Shown here piece by piece: positions 27,981-42,861 of a DNA stretch of 64,000 nucleotides. The translations under genes and the position numbers were made by a program. This DNA comes from the human T2T-CHM13v2.0 reference genome, Homo sapiens, in assembly GCA_009914755.4 (NCBI GenBank), contig CP086569.2:18528001-18592000 (forward strand), in the 5' to 3' direction. The notes beneath the pieces are model-generated. The model was not told the DNA's origin and made no database searches. It saw only the letters and a list, made by a program, of their open reading frames with translations. The stretch's first letter is position 1. The number at the start of each line of letters is the position of its first letter.

Positions 27981-28546
27981 ACCTTCATTGGTTTTAAATG
28001 GAGATTCAAGATTCAAGCCACACCTCATTCTATGCCACAGAATGAGTTCTTTATCATACCGACTCCGGAAAGGCCGGCCCCTTGTCATCCATTTCCAACA
28101 AAGAGTCACCTCATGTTTGGAAAATGGATCCACTTTCAAGTTCAGTAGATGCATGTGGCATGTAGGACGAGGGATTGTTCCTTCTGACTTGGTCTGCACA
28201 GTGGAGCCTAGGGCTAGAACTCAGTGAGGACCGATGGCTCCTTCTACCCTGGATTCCATCGACCCCACCCTGGAACACAGGCCTTGGCAGATCCTGGCCC
28301 TTCCTGGCCCTTAAGACACTGTCAGAAACATTGCTCCAAATGACTGTGGCTTGTGCCTCTAACAGAAACATTTGAAATCTATCCTCTAAACGTGGCCACC
28401 TAAAACCACAGAAGTGCAGGACATTCGGCCACCATCCACCTCCCCGCTTTAGGGAAAGAATGCTGAAAGTCTCTTGTTGATTCTCCCTTGATTTGAGTTC
28501 TTTGTGGGCATGTGGTCAAGTTGTAATGAGACCAGATGTATTAAGT

Positions 28547-28805
28547 CAGGCCGGATGCAGTGGGTAACACCTGCAACCTTAGCACTTTGGGAGGCTGAGG
28601 AGGTAGGCATGCTTTAGCGCAGGAGATCGAGTCAAGTCTTGGAAAACACAGCCAAAACCCGAAGTGCATTCCTGTGTGGTCCCAGCTACTCAGGAGGCCA
28701 AAGTGGAAGACTCACTTAAGCCTGGGGAGGTTGGTGCTGCAGTCAGCCATAATGGTGTCACTGCACTGCAGCCTGGGTGACAGAGTGAGACTCTGTCACA
28801 AACAG
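28547..28805 (+). mobile_element. Old diverged Alu
   Basis: caggccggatgcagtgggtaacacctgcaaccttagcactttgggaggctgaggaggtaggcatgc...gtggtcccagctactcaggaggccaaagtggaagactcacttaagcctggggaggttggtgctgcagtcagccataatggtgtcactgcactgcagcctgggtgacagagtgagactctgtcac. Confidence 0.75.
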
Positions 28806-28937
28806 ACAGTCGGACGGAGACCAGCTGTATTATGTTCTTCTCAGGGTAGGAAGCAAAAATAAGATAATACAGCATTTAAGTTTTTATTTTAAATTTTAAT
28901 CTATTTATTTATTAATTTTGAGTCAAGGTTATGAAAC

Positions 28938-29064
28938 CAGCTATTTTTGTATTTTTCTACAGAGGAGGTTTCATCGTATTGCTAAGGCTGTTCTGGATTG
29001 CCTGGGATCAAGGGATCCATGTGCCCTCAGGATCCCAAAGTGCAGGGATGACAGGCATGAACCA
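28938..29064 (-). mobile_element. Alu fragment
   Basis: tttttgtatttttctacagaggaggtttcatcgtattgctaaggctgttctggattgcctgggatcaagggatccatgtgccctcaggatcccaaagtgcagggatgacaggcatgaacc. Confidence 0.7.
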
Positions 29065-29750
29065 GTTCCCCTGAACACACTGTTTTGTTTGTTTGTTTGT
29101 TTTGTTTTGTTTTTTCCCTTTTTCAATCACTTGTCTTCATGAGAGTTTCACCGCAGAGTGTTTGGCTGGCTTGTTTAAATTCAATCTAAATAGAAATTGA
29201 AGATATCAGCATCTGGTGTTTTGGACTCTGAGGTGACAATCCCCTTGGGCTGTCTATCATAGGACCGTACACATAATGAGTAAAAACAGTAACATTTACA
29301 ATAGGTAATTTTGTTTTACAGAAATACACGGTTGCACCCAAATGATTCTTTTAAAAATTGTCTTAGCCTTGGTGGGTGTGCCAGTGATTCTTTTAGTTTG
29401 GACCTTGACTGAGAATTTCCAGTTGGTCTCTCATTTCTGATTGGAAATTCCAGATGATCTGATGGTTAGGGACTTAAGCTATGTCTTCCAGGGACACTGG
29501 CTGATTTGTTGTGGGGACCACCTAGGAGATTACTGCTATTGGATATCACCTAGCAGACACTTACTCTGAAAACTGAGGCCTCAAGGAGGAGGGCCGCTCA
29601 GGCTGCCTGCACACAGCCTGAGGCAACTATGTCTTCTTCATTGCCCCTGGCATGCCCCCACTTCCAAGTTCCTCCCTCCATTGTTGCCTAGCAATTTGCC
29701 ACACTGACGACTGGGACTGATTGTTCTTTATTCACATATAAAAAATATAG

Positions 29751-30726
<976 letters not shown>

Positions 30727-31767
30727 CAGACTAATATCGTGGGATATTCGGTTTTTCACTACAGGCGGCAATGGGCTCCGAAATGTTCCCTCATAGATTC
30801 TACAATAAGAGTGTTTCCAACCTGCTGAATCAACAGAAAAGTTTAACTCTGTGATATGAATCCATGCATCACAAAGCCGTTTCCCAGATACTTTGTTTAT
30901 ATTTTTTATCATGGGAAATTCTGTTTTTCCCTATAGGCCTTGATGGGCTCTGGAATGTCCCATTGTAGATACTACCAGAAGAATTTTTCAAACGTACTGA
31001 ATCAAAGGAAAGGTTTACCTCTGTGAGATGAATCCACACATTGTTAAGTGCTTTCACAGACAGCTTGTTTCTTGTTTTTATTGCGGGATACTCAGTTTTT
31101 CCCTATAGGCTCTAATGGGCTCCAAAATGTCCCTTCATGGATTCTACAAAGAAATAGTGTTTCCAACCTGCTGAATCAAAAGGAAGGCTTACCTCTGTGA
31201 GATGAATGGACACTTCATAAAACAATTTCGCAGATACCTTGTTTCTAGTTACTGTCATGGAATATTCGATTTTTCATTATAAGCCTCAATGGTTACCAAA
31301 ATGTCCCCTTCATAGATTCTAAAAAAGATGTGTTTCCAACCTGCTGAATCAAAAGAAAAGTTCAACTCTGTGAAATAAATCCATACATCCCAAAGATGCT
31401 TCACAGATAGCTTGTATCTGTTTTTTATCTCCAGATATTCAGTTTTTTCACAATAGGCCTTAATGGGCTCTGAAATGTCCCATTATATATTCTACAAAAA
31501 GGGTGTTTCCAGTGTGCTAAATCTAAAGAAAGGTTTATCTCTGTTAAATGAATCCACATATCACAATGAGGCTTCACAGGTAGATTGTTTCTCATTTTTA
31601 TTGAGGGATATTCATTTTTTTTCAATAGACTTCATGGGCTCTAAAATGTCCTTTCTTAGGCTCTACTAAAAGAGGTTTCCAACCTGCTGAATCAAAAGAA
31701 AGGTCCATCTCTGTGAGATGAATGCACACATCACACAAAGGTTTCACAGATAGCTTGTTTCTAGATT

Positions 31768-32049
31768 CTTTTTTGAGACGTAGTTTTGCTCTTATTGACT
31801 AGGTTAAAGTGTAATGGTGCGATCTCTGCTCACTGAAACCTTCACCTACAGGAGGTTTAAGCAATTCTCCTGCCTCAGCCTCCCGAATAGCTGGGATTAG
31901 AAATATGCACCACAATGCCCAGAGCAATTTGTATCTTTAGCAGAGACAAGCTTTCTTCATGTTGGTCAGGCTGGTCTCAAATTCCAGACCTCAGGTGAGT
32001 TACCCTCATAAAGTGCTGGGATTACAGGTTTTAGCCACAGTACCTGCCC
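31768..32049 (-). mobile_element. Diverged Alu inside alpha satellite
   Basis: ttttttgagacgtagttttgctcttattgactaggttaaagtgtaatggtgcgatctctgctcactgaaaccttcacc ... gctgggattacaggttttagccacagtacctgccc. Confidence 0.8.
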
Positions 32050-32476
32050 TTGCTTCTAGTTTTTATTGTGAGATATTCAGTTTTTCATAATAGGTCTCAG
32101 TGGGTTTCAATATGTCCCTTCAGAGATTCTACTTAAAGGGTTTTTCCAACCTGTGGAATCAAGAGAGAAGTTTAACTCTGTGATATCAATCCAAATATGA
32201 TATAGGTATTTCACAGATAGCTTGATCTAGTTTTCATAGCAGGATATTCAGTTTTTCACTGTAGGTCTTAATTGGCTCTGAGATGTCCCTTTGCAGATTC
32301 TACAAAAAGAGTGTTTTGAACTGGCTGAATCAAAAGAAAGGCTTAACTGTGTGACATGAATCATACATGTCACACATCATAAAGCGGTTTCACAGATATC
32401 TGCTTGCTAGTCTTTATTGTGGGATATTCAATTTTTCACTGTAGGCTTCAATGGGCTCCAAAATGTCTCTTAGTAG

Positions 32477-32780
<304 letters not shown>

Positions 32781-35700
32781 TGTCCCTTAATAGATTGTAA
32801 AAAAAGGAGGGTTTCCAACCTGCTGAATCAAAGAAAGGCTTAACTCTGTTAGATGAACTCACACAATGCCAAGTGGTTTCCCAGATAAGTTGTTTCTAGT
32901 TTTTATCACGTGATATTCTGTTTTTCACTATATTCCTTGATGGGCCCAGAAATGTCCTTTGTACATTCCACAAGAGGAGTGCTTGCAGAATCAAAATAAA
33001 TTTTTAACTCCATAACGTGAATCCACACATAGCAAAGCAGTTTTAGAGACACCTTGTTTCCAGTTTTTATCATTTAGTTTTTCACTATATGCCTCAATGG
33101 GCTCCAAAATGTCCCATTGTAGATTCTAGAAAGAGAGTGTTTCCAACATGTTGAATCAAAAGTAAGTTTTAACTCTGTGCAATAATAGCATACAACATAA
33201 AACAATTCAACAGAAAGTTTGTTTCATGTTTTTGTCACAGAATATTTGTTTTTTCACTATAGGCCTCACTGGGAATTGAAATGCCCCTTTGCAGATTCTA
33301 CACAATGAGGGTTTCCAACCAGACGAATCAAAAGAAAGCTTTAACTCTGTGAGCTGAATCTACACACCACAAAGTGGTTTCACAGATAGCTTCTTTCTAG
33401 TTTTTATTGTGGGATATTCGGTTTTTCACTGTAGGCCTTATGGGCTCCAATATTTTCTTTCAAAGATTCTGCGAAAAGATTTTTTCCACCCAGCTGAATC
33501 AGAAGAAAGTTCAACTCCATGAGCCAAATACACACACACAAGGCAGTTTCACAAATGACTTCTTTGTAGTTTGTACCACAGGATATTCGGTGTTTCACTA
33601 TAGGCCTCATAAAGCTCTGAAATGTCCGTTCATAAATTCCATACATAGAGTGGTTTCAACCTGCTGAAGCAAAATAAATGTTTATCTCAGTGAAATGAAT
33701 CTGCACATCGCAAAGTGGTTTTACAGTTGGATTCTTTCTAGTTTTTTTCGAAGGATATTCCATTTTTCTCTATAGGCCTCAATGGGATACGAAATGTCCC
33801 TTTGTAGATTCTTCAAAAAGAGGGTTTCCAATATGCTGAATCAAAGGAAAGTTTTAGCTCTTTAAAATGAATTGACACATCAGAAAGCAGAGAGCTTCTT
33901 TCTAGTTTTTATCGTGGGATATCTCAATATAGGCATCAGTGGGCTCTGAAATGTTCCTTAGAAGATTCTAGAAAAAGAGTCTTTTCCACCTGCTGAATCA
34001 AAAGAAAAGTTTAATTTTTTGAAGCCACCCCTTCCAAAGTGGTTTAACAGATAATAACTTTCTAGTTTTCATTGCAGTATATTCGGTTTTTTAATATAGG
34101 CCTTAGTGGGCTGCAAAATGGCTCTCATAGGCTCTGGAAAAAGAATGTTACCAAGCTGCTGAATCAAAAGCAGGATTTCACTCTTGGAGATGAACTCACA
34201 GATTGCAAAGCAGTTTCACAGATAGCTTCTTTCTAGTTTGTATTGTGGGATATTCAGTTTTTCACTAGAGGCCTTACTGCACCTTGAAATATGTCTTGGC
34301 AGATTCTATGAAAAGAGTGTTTACAAACTGCTGATTCAAAAGAAAGGTTTAACTCTCTGAGCTGAAACCACACATTACAAAGCAGTTTCACAGATAGTTA
34401 TTTTTTCTAGTTTTTATAGCATGATATTCAGTTTTTCACTGTAAGTGTCAAGGCCCTCCGAAATGTCCCTTTGGAGACTGTACAAAACAAGTGTTTCAAA
34501 AACTGCTGAACGAAAAGTAAGGTTTAATTCTGTGAGCAGAATACACACGTCACAAAGCATTATCACAGATAGCTTCTTTCTAGGTTTTATGGTGGGATAT
34601 TAGATTTTTTACTATAGGCCTCAGAGAGGTGTGAAATATCCCTTCACAGATTCTACAAAAAAAGGAGTTTCTAACCTGCTGAATCAAAAGATAAGTTTAA
34701 CTTTGTCAGCTGAACCCACATCTCACAAAGCGGATTCACACATAGTATCTTTCCCATTATTATGGCTGGACATTTGAGGTTTTACTATAAGTTTCAGTGG
34801 GCTGAGAAATGTCCCATTGCAGATTCTACAAAAATAGTGTTCCAACCTGCTGAAACAAAAGAAAGGTTTAATTATGTGAGCTGAATCCACAAATCACAAA
34901 ACAATTTCAGATACTTCTTTCTAGTTTTTGTGACTGAATATTGGGTTTTGCACAATAAGCCTCAGTGGGCTTCAAATTTTCCCTTCACAGATTCTACAAA
35001 CCAAATGTTTCAAACATGGTTAATTAAAAAGTAAGTTTAAACTCTGAGCTGAATAGAGAAATAGGAAAGCAGTTTGACAGAGAGCTTCTTTCTCTTTTTT
35101 ATTGCTGGAAATTTTTTTCTCATTGTAAGTCTCACTGTACTCAAAATGTCCCTTCACAGATTCTACAAAAAAGAGAACTTGCAAACTGCTGATTCAAAAG
35201 TAAAGCTTAACTCTGTGAGCTGTTTGCACATATGACAAAGCATTTTCACAGATAGCTTCTTTCTAATTTTTATCTATTAAAATTCCATGTTTCACTATAG
35301 GCCTTACTGTGCCAGGAAATGTCCCTTTGCAGATTCTACAAAAAGAGTGTTTCCAAACTGCTGAATCAGAAGAAACGTTTGAATCTGTGAGATGAATCCA
35401 CACATCACAAAGCAGTTTCACATATAGTTTCTTTCTAGTCTTTAATCAAGAAATATTCGGTTTTTCACTATAGGTCAAAATGATCTCTGAAATGTAGCTT
35501 CATGGATCCTACAAAAGAGTGTTTTCAAACTCCCAAATCAAAAGAAAGTTTTAACCCTGTGAGCTGAATGCCCACATCACAAGGCAGTTTCACAGATGTT
35601 TCTTGCTAGTTTTTATCAAGGGATATTCTGTTTTTCACTGTGGGTCTTAATGACCTTCAAAATGATGCTTTGCCAATTCTACAAAAACAGTCTTTCCAAT

Positions 35701-38700
35701 CTGCTTAATCAAAAGAAAGGTTTCATCCTGCAAGATGAAACCACACATCACAAAGCAGTTCTACAGATACCTTTTTTCCAGTTTTTATTGTGGGATATTC
35801 TGATTTTCACTGTAGACCTCACTGTGTTCCAAAATGTCCCTTTGTAGATTCTTCAGACTGTTTCCAAATAGCTGAATAAAAGTAAGGTTAGCACTGTAAG
35901 CTGAATACACACAGAGCAAAGAAGCTTCACAGATAGCTTCTTTCTAGTTTTTATTACAGGATAATTAGTTTTTCCCTAGAGAACTCAGTTAACTTTGTAC
36001 TGTCTCTTTACAGATTCTACAAAAAGAGTTTCCATCCTATGGAATCAAAAAAAGCTGAATCAAAAGAAAGCTGAATGGACTCATCACAAAGCAGTTTCAC
36101 AGATAGATTTTTGTAGATTTATCATGGGATATGCATTTTTTTCACCATAGGCCTCACTGAACTGCAAAATCTCCCTTTGCTGATTGTACAAAAAGTGTGT
36201 TTCCAAACTTCTTAGTAAAAGAAAAGTTTAAATCTGTGAGCTGAATGTACACACCATAAAGCAGTTTCCCAGATAGCTTTTTTCTAGTTTTTATCACAGG
36301 ATATTAGGTTATTCAATAAAGACCTCAGGGGCTTCTGAAACGTTTCTTCACATATTCTACATAAAGAGTGCTTCAAAACTATTGAATCAAATAAAAAAGC
36401 TTAAGTGTGTGAGGTGAATCCACAAATCACAAAGCAGTTTCACAGATAGCTTCTTTCTAAATTGTATTGTGAGATATTTGACATTTACTATAGGTCTCAG
36501 TGAGGTGTGATATGTCCCTTGGTTGATTCCACAAAAAACTGTTTCTAGCCTACTGAATCAAAGACAGGTTTAACTTTGTCAGCTGAATTCACAACTCAAA
36601 AAGCAAATTCACAGACAGTATCTTTCCCATTTTTATGGCTTGATATTCTGTGTTTCACTATAGGCCTCAGCGGGCTGAGAAAATTCCTTAATAGATTCTA
36701 CAAAAATAGTGTTTACAACATGCCTAATCAAAAGAAAGGTTTCAGTCTCTGAGCTGAATCCACACATCACAAATCAGTTTTCTATATAGCTTCTTTCTAG
36801 TCTTTATCAAAGGATATTCAGTTTTTCACTATAGGCCTCAATGCCTTTTGAAATGTTCTGACACACAATCTACAAAAAGAACGTTTCCAAACTGCTGAAT
36901 CAAAAGTAAGGCTTAACTCTGTAAGCTGAATGCATACATCACAAAACAGTTTCACAAACAGCTTCTTTCTAGTTTTTATTTCAAGATATTCAGTTTTTCA
37001 CTACAGGCCTCAGTGGGCTCAGAAATGTCCCTTCACAGATTCTACAAAAAGAGTGTTTCCAAACTGCTGAATCCAAAGTAAGGTTTAACTCTGTGAAGTG
37101 CATACAGACGTCACAAAACAGGTTCACAGCTAGCTCCTTTCTTGTTTTTATTTCAGGATATTTTGTTTTTCACTTAAGCCCTCAGTGCCCTTTAAATTCT
37201 CCCTTCAGAGATTCTGCAAAAAGGGTGTTTTTAAACTGTTGAATCAAAAGAAAGGATTAACTCTGTAAGCCAAATGCAGACATCACAAAGCAGTTTCACA
37301 GATAGCTTCTTTTGAGTTTTTGTCATGGGATATTTCCAAACTGATGAATCAAAAGAAAGGTTTCATTCTGTGAGCTGAATCCACACATCACATAGCAGTT
37401 TCACAGATACTTTCTTTCTAGTTTTTATCATGAGATATTCGGTTTTTTACTGTAAGCCTCAATCCCCTCCAAAATTTCCATTTGCATATTCTACAAAAAG
37501 AGCCATTCCAATCTGCTGAATCAAAAGTAAGTTTTAACTCTGTGAGCTGAAGGTACACATCAGAAAGCAGTTTCACAGATAGCTTCTTTCTAGTTTTATC
37601 ATGGGATATTCTGTTTTTCACTACAGGTCTCAGTGGACTGAAATGTCCCCTGGCTGATTCCGCAATAAGGGTGTTTCCAAACTGCTTAATCAAAAGAAAG
37701 GTTCAACCCTGAAAGCTGAATCCACACATGAGAAAGCAGTTTCACAGATTTACAGTTTCACAGTTCCACAGTTTCTCATTTTCATTTTAGGATATATATT
37801 TTTTTCATATATTTGGTGCCTCAGTGGGCACCAAAATGTTTCTTTGCAGATACTATAAGAGGAATATTTTGAAACTGTTGAGTCAAACGTTACATTGAAA
37901 AATGCGAACTGAATGTGTATGTCACAAAGCAGTTTCACAGATAGCTTCTTTCTAGATGTTATTTTGGGATATTCAGTTTTTCACTATAGGCCTCAGTGAG
38001 GTCTGCAGTGTCACTTTGCAGATTCTACAAAAAGAGTGTTTCCAAACTGCTGAATCAAAATTAAGGTTGAAATCTTTGACATTAATGTACACATCACAAA
38101 GCAGTTTCACAAATAGCTTCTTCCCAGTTTTTATTTTGTGATCTGTTTTTCACTGTAGGACTTACTGTACCCCAAAATGTCGCTTTGTAGATTCTAGAAA
38201 AAGTGTTTCCAGTCTGCTGAATCAAAAGAAAGGTTTCACTCTGTGAACTGAATGCACACATCACAAAGAAGTTTGGTGGGTAGATTCTTTCTAGGATATT
38301 TTATTTTGTGATATTCAGTTTTTCACTTTTAGGACTCAGTGGGCTCTGAAATGTCCCTTTGCAGATTCTACAAAAAGAGTGTTTCAAAACTACTGAATCA
38401 AAAGTAAGGTTTAACTCTGTGAACTGCATGCACATGTCACAAAACACGTTCACAAATATCTTCTTTCTTGTTTTTATTTCAGGATACTTGGTTTTTCACT
38501 ACAGGGCTCTGTGGTCTCTAAATTGTTTCTTCACAGACTCTATAAAGAAGCTGTTTAAAAACATCTGATTCAAAAGGAAGATTCAACTTTGTGAACTGAA
38601 TGCACACATCAAAAGCAGTTTCACAAATATCTTCTTTCTAGGTTTTATCCAGAGATATTCAGGTTTTCACTATATGCCCCAAAGAGCTCCAAAACCCTTT

Positions 38701-39846
38701 GCAGATTCTACAAAAAGTGTGTTTCCAACCTGCTGAATCAAACAAAAGATTTCACTCTACGAGCTGAATGCATGCATCACAAAGAAGTTTCAAAGATAGC
38801 TTCTTCTAGGTTTTCATTGTGGTATATTCGGTTTTTCACTATAGGCCTCAATGCCCTCCAAATTGTCCCTTTGCAAATACTACAAAAAAGAGTGTTTCCA
38901 ACTTGCTGAATCAAAGGACAGGATTACCTCTGTGATCTGAATTCGCACGTCACAAGGTAGTTTCATGGATAGGTTTTTCTGTAGTTTTTGTCGTGGGATA
39001 TTCAGTTTTTCACTATATGCCTCAGTGCATTCCCAAATGTCCCTTTGCAGATTCTACACAATGAGGGTTTCCAAACTGCTGAATTAAAAGAAAGGTTTAA
39101 CTCTATGAGCTGAATCCACACATCACAAAGCAGTTTCACAGAAAGCTTCTTTCTAGTTTTTATCAGAAGATTTTTGGTTTTTCACTATAGGCCTCAATAC
39201 CCTCATAAATGTGCCTTCTCAGATTCTACAAAAAGAGTGCTTCCAAACTTCTGAATTAAAAAAAGAGAAAGGTTTCACTCTACGAGTTTAATGCACAAAT
39301 CACAAAACAGTTTCATTGACAGCTTCTTTCTAGTTTTTATCATGGGATATAGTGTTTTTCAGTACAGGCCTTCTGGGCCTTGAAATATCCTTTCACAGAT
39401 CCTACAAAAAGTGTGTTTTCAAATTGTTGAATCAAATGTAATGCTGTACACCACGAACTGAAAGCACACAACACAAAGGAGTTTCGCAGATAGTATCTTT
39501 CAAATTTTTATTTTGGGATATTCCATTTCTCACTATTTGCCTCAGTGGGCTCCTAAGTGTCGCTTCACAGATTCTACCAAAAGAGTGTTTCCAAACTGCT
39601 GAATCAGAAGTAAGGTTTAATTATCTGAGCAGAATTTATACATCACAAAGCAGTTTCACAAGTAGCTTCTTACTAGTTATTTTGGGATATTCTGTTTTTC
39701 ACTGTAGGCCTTACTATGCCTCAAAATGTCATTTTATAGGTACTGTAAAAAGAGGGTTTCCAATCTGCTGAATCAAAATAAAGGTTTCACTCTGTGAGCT
39801 GAACGCACACATCACAAAGGAGCTTCACAGATAGATTCTTTCTAGA

Positions 39847-40134
39847 TTTTTTTTATGAGATGGAGTCTCACTCTGTCAACCAGGCTGGGGTGCAGAGGCT
39901 GGATCTTGGCACACTGCAACTTCTGCCACCCTGGTTCAAGTGATTCTCCAGCCTCAACGTACCAAGTAGCTGAGATTTAGGCTCCTGTCACTGTGCCCAG
40001 CTAATTTTTGTTTTTATACTAGTGACGGGGTTTCACCATCTTGGCCAGGCTTGTCTTGTACTCCTGACCTCGTGATCCACCCACACAGCATCCCACAATG
40101 CTAGGACTAGGGGCATAAGCCACGATGCGCAGTC
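39847..40134 (-). mobile_element. Alu inside alpha satellite
   Basis: ttttttttatgagatggagtctcactctgtcaaccaggctggggtgcagaggctggatcttggcacactgcaac ... gctaggactaggggcataagccacgatgcgcagtc. Confidence 0.9.
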
Positions 40135-41971
40135 AATTATTTTTCTAGTTTTAATAGTGGCATATTCATTTTTTCAGTATAGACCTCAATGCCCTTTGAA
40201 ATATCCCTTCACCGATTCTAGACAAAGAGTGTTCCCAAACTTTTGAATCAAAAGTTAAATTTAACTCTGTGAGCTGGATGCACACATCACAAAGCAATTT
40301 CACAAGTAACTTCTTACTAGTTTTTATTTTGAGATATTCTGTTTTTCACTGTAGGCCTTACTGCACCCCAAAATATCACTTTGTAGATTCTACAAAAAGG
40401 ATGTTTCCAATCTGCTGAATCAAAACAAAGGCTTAATTCTGTGAGCTGAATGCACACATCACAAAGCAGTTTCACAGATAGCTTGTTACTAGTTTTTATC
40501 CCGGGCTTTTCGGTTTTTCACTGTGGATCTCAATATACTCCAAAGTGTCTCTTGGTAGAGTTTAAAAATCAGTGTTTCCAAACTGCTGAATGAAAACAAT
40601 GGTTTAGCTCTGTGAGCTGAATGCACACATCACAAATCAGATTCAGAGATAACTTCTTTATAGTTTTTATTGTGAGATAATTGGTTTTTCACTATAGGCT
40701 TTACTGCACTCTGAAATGTCTCCTGCAGATTCTACAAAAAGAGTGTTTCCAAACTGCTGAATGAAAAAAAAAGGTTTAAATCTGTAAACTGAATCCATAC
40801 CTCACAAAGCAGTTTTACAGAGAGTTTCTTTCAATTGTTTATCAAGGAATATTTGATGCTTCACTATAGACTTCAATGCCCTCCCAAATGTCCCTTTGCT
40901 GAATCTACAAAAGGAGTGTTTCCAAACTGCTGAATCAATGGTAAGGTTTAACCCTGTGAGCTGAATGCACATATCAGAAAGAAGTTCTATGACAACTTCT
41001 CTCTACTTTTTGTTTAGGGATATTCGTTTTTTTGCTATAGGCCTTAATGCACTTTGAAATGTACCTTTGCAGATTCTACAAAAGAGTGTTTCCAAACAGC
41101 TGAATCAATGGGAAGGTTTAACTCTGAGCTGAATGCATACATCACAAAGCAGTTTTACAGATAACTTCTTTCCAGTTTTTGTCTGGGCATATTTGGTGTT
41201 TCATTATAGGCCTTGCTGTTCTCTGAATTGCCCCTCACAGATTCTACAAAAAGAGTGTTTCCAACCTGCAGAATCAAAAGATAGGTTTAACTCTGTGAGT
41301 TGAATGCACATATCACAAAACAATTACACAGATTTCTTCTTCGTAGTTTTTATCACAGAATATTCAGCTTTTCACTATAGGACTTACTGTGCACTGAAAT
41401 GTCCCTTCACTGATTCTACAAAAAGAGTGTTTCAAAACTGCTGAGTCAAAAAAACAGTTTAATTTTGTGAGCTGAATCGACACTTCATAATTCAGTTTCA
41501 CAGATAGCTACTTTCTAGATTTTATCACAAGATAGTCAAAATTTTTCCTATTTGCATGGTGGGCTCTGAAATGTCTGTTCTAGATTCTATAAAAGAGTGT
41601 TTCCCTACTGTGGAATAAAAAGAAAGGTTTAACTCTGTGAGCTGAATGCAGACACCACAAAGCAGTTTCACAGATAGCTTCTTTCTGGACTTTGTCACAA
41701 GATATTTTGTTTTTCACTATAGGGCATAGCAGGCTCTGAAATATCCCTTCATACAATCCACAAAAAGAGTAATTCCAAACTGCTGAATCAAAAGAAAGGT
41801 TTAACTCTGTGAGCTAAATCCACACAATACAAATAAGTTACACTGACAGCTATTTTCTGTTGTTTTTATTGTGGGATATTCTGTTACCACCATACGTCTT
41901 AACTGTGCTCTAAAGTATCTCTTTGCATAATCTACAAAAAGAGTTTTTCCATCTGCTGAATCAATAGAAAG

Positions 41972-41973
<2 letters not shown>

Positions 41974-42004
<31 letters not shown>

Positions 42005-42119
42005 AGATGGATTATTGCTCTGTCACCCAGGCTGGAGTGCAGTGGTGCAATCTCGGCTCACCACAAGCTCTGCTTCACAGGTTCATGCCATTCTCCTCCC
42101 CCAGTCTCCCAAGTAGCTG
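41974..42119 (-). mobile_element. Truncated Alu, right arm plus a 32-nt poly-T only. It sits exactly at the switch between satellite monomer families A and B.
   Basis: A T32 run, then gagatggattattgctctgtcacccaggctggagtgcagtggtgcaatctcggctcaccacaagctctgcttcacaggttcatgccattctcctcccccagtctcccaagtagctg, after which a type-B satellite monomer follows directly. Confidence 0.85.
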
Positions 42120-42861
42120 TTTTTCCCCTTAGGCCTCAGTGGCTCTCAAATGTCCCAGAGTGTTTCCAACCTGCTGAATCAGAAAAAGGTTTAACTCTGT
42201 GAGATGAATCCATACATCACATAGCAGTTTCAAGGATAGCTTCTCTCTAGTTTTTGTCTCAGGATATTCAGTTTTTCCCCATGAGCCACAGTGGGCTTCC
42301 AAATGCCCTTTTGCAATTTCTTCAAAAAGAGTTGTCTCCAACCTGCTGAAACAAAAGAAAGTTTTACCTCTGTGAGATAAATTTACACATCACAAAGCAG
42401 TTTCACAGAGAGATCCTTTCCAGTTTTTACCCCGGGATATTTGACTTTTCCCGATAGGCCTGAATGGAATCCCAAATGCCCCTTAGCAGATTCCTCAAAC
42501 CGAGTGTTTTCAAACTGCCGAATCAAAATAAATTTTTAACCCTGTGAGATTAATTAAAACATCACACAGCAGTTTCACAGAAAGCTACTTTCTAGTTTTT
42601 CTGGGGATATTCTGATTTTCCCCTTAGGCCTCAATGGACTGCCTAATGTCCATTTGCAGATTCTCCACAAAGAGCATTTCCAACCTGCTGAATCCACATA
42701 AAGTTTTAACTTTGTGAGTTGAATACACACATCACAAAGTAGTTACACAGGCAGCTTCTTTCTTGTTTTTATCTGGGGATATTGAGTTTTTCCCAAAAGG
42801 CCTCAGTGGACTTACAAAAGTTCCTTTGCAGATTCTCCAAGGAGATTGTTTCCAACTTGCT
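42120..42861 (-). repeat. Alpha satellite of monomer family B, in the same reverse orientation
   Basis: ..ttttccccatgagccacagtgggcttccaaatgcccttttgcaatttcttcaaaaagagttgtctccaacctgctgaaacaaaagaaagttttacctctgtgagataaatttacacatcacaaagcagtttcacag.. It differs from domain A in three respects: ttcccc vs ttcact, ctccaaa vs ctacaaa, and gagatgaatcca vs gagctgaatgca. Confidence 0.9.

Noticed and set aside
37730-37800. A local triplication cagtttcacag/atttacagtttcacag/ttccacagtttc inside one monomer
   Set aside because: This is a small slippage or duplication within a single satellite monomer, with no structural consequence beyond a longer monomer. It is ordinary satellite microvariation.
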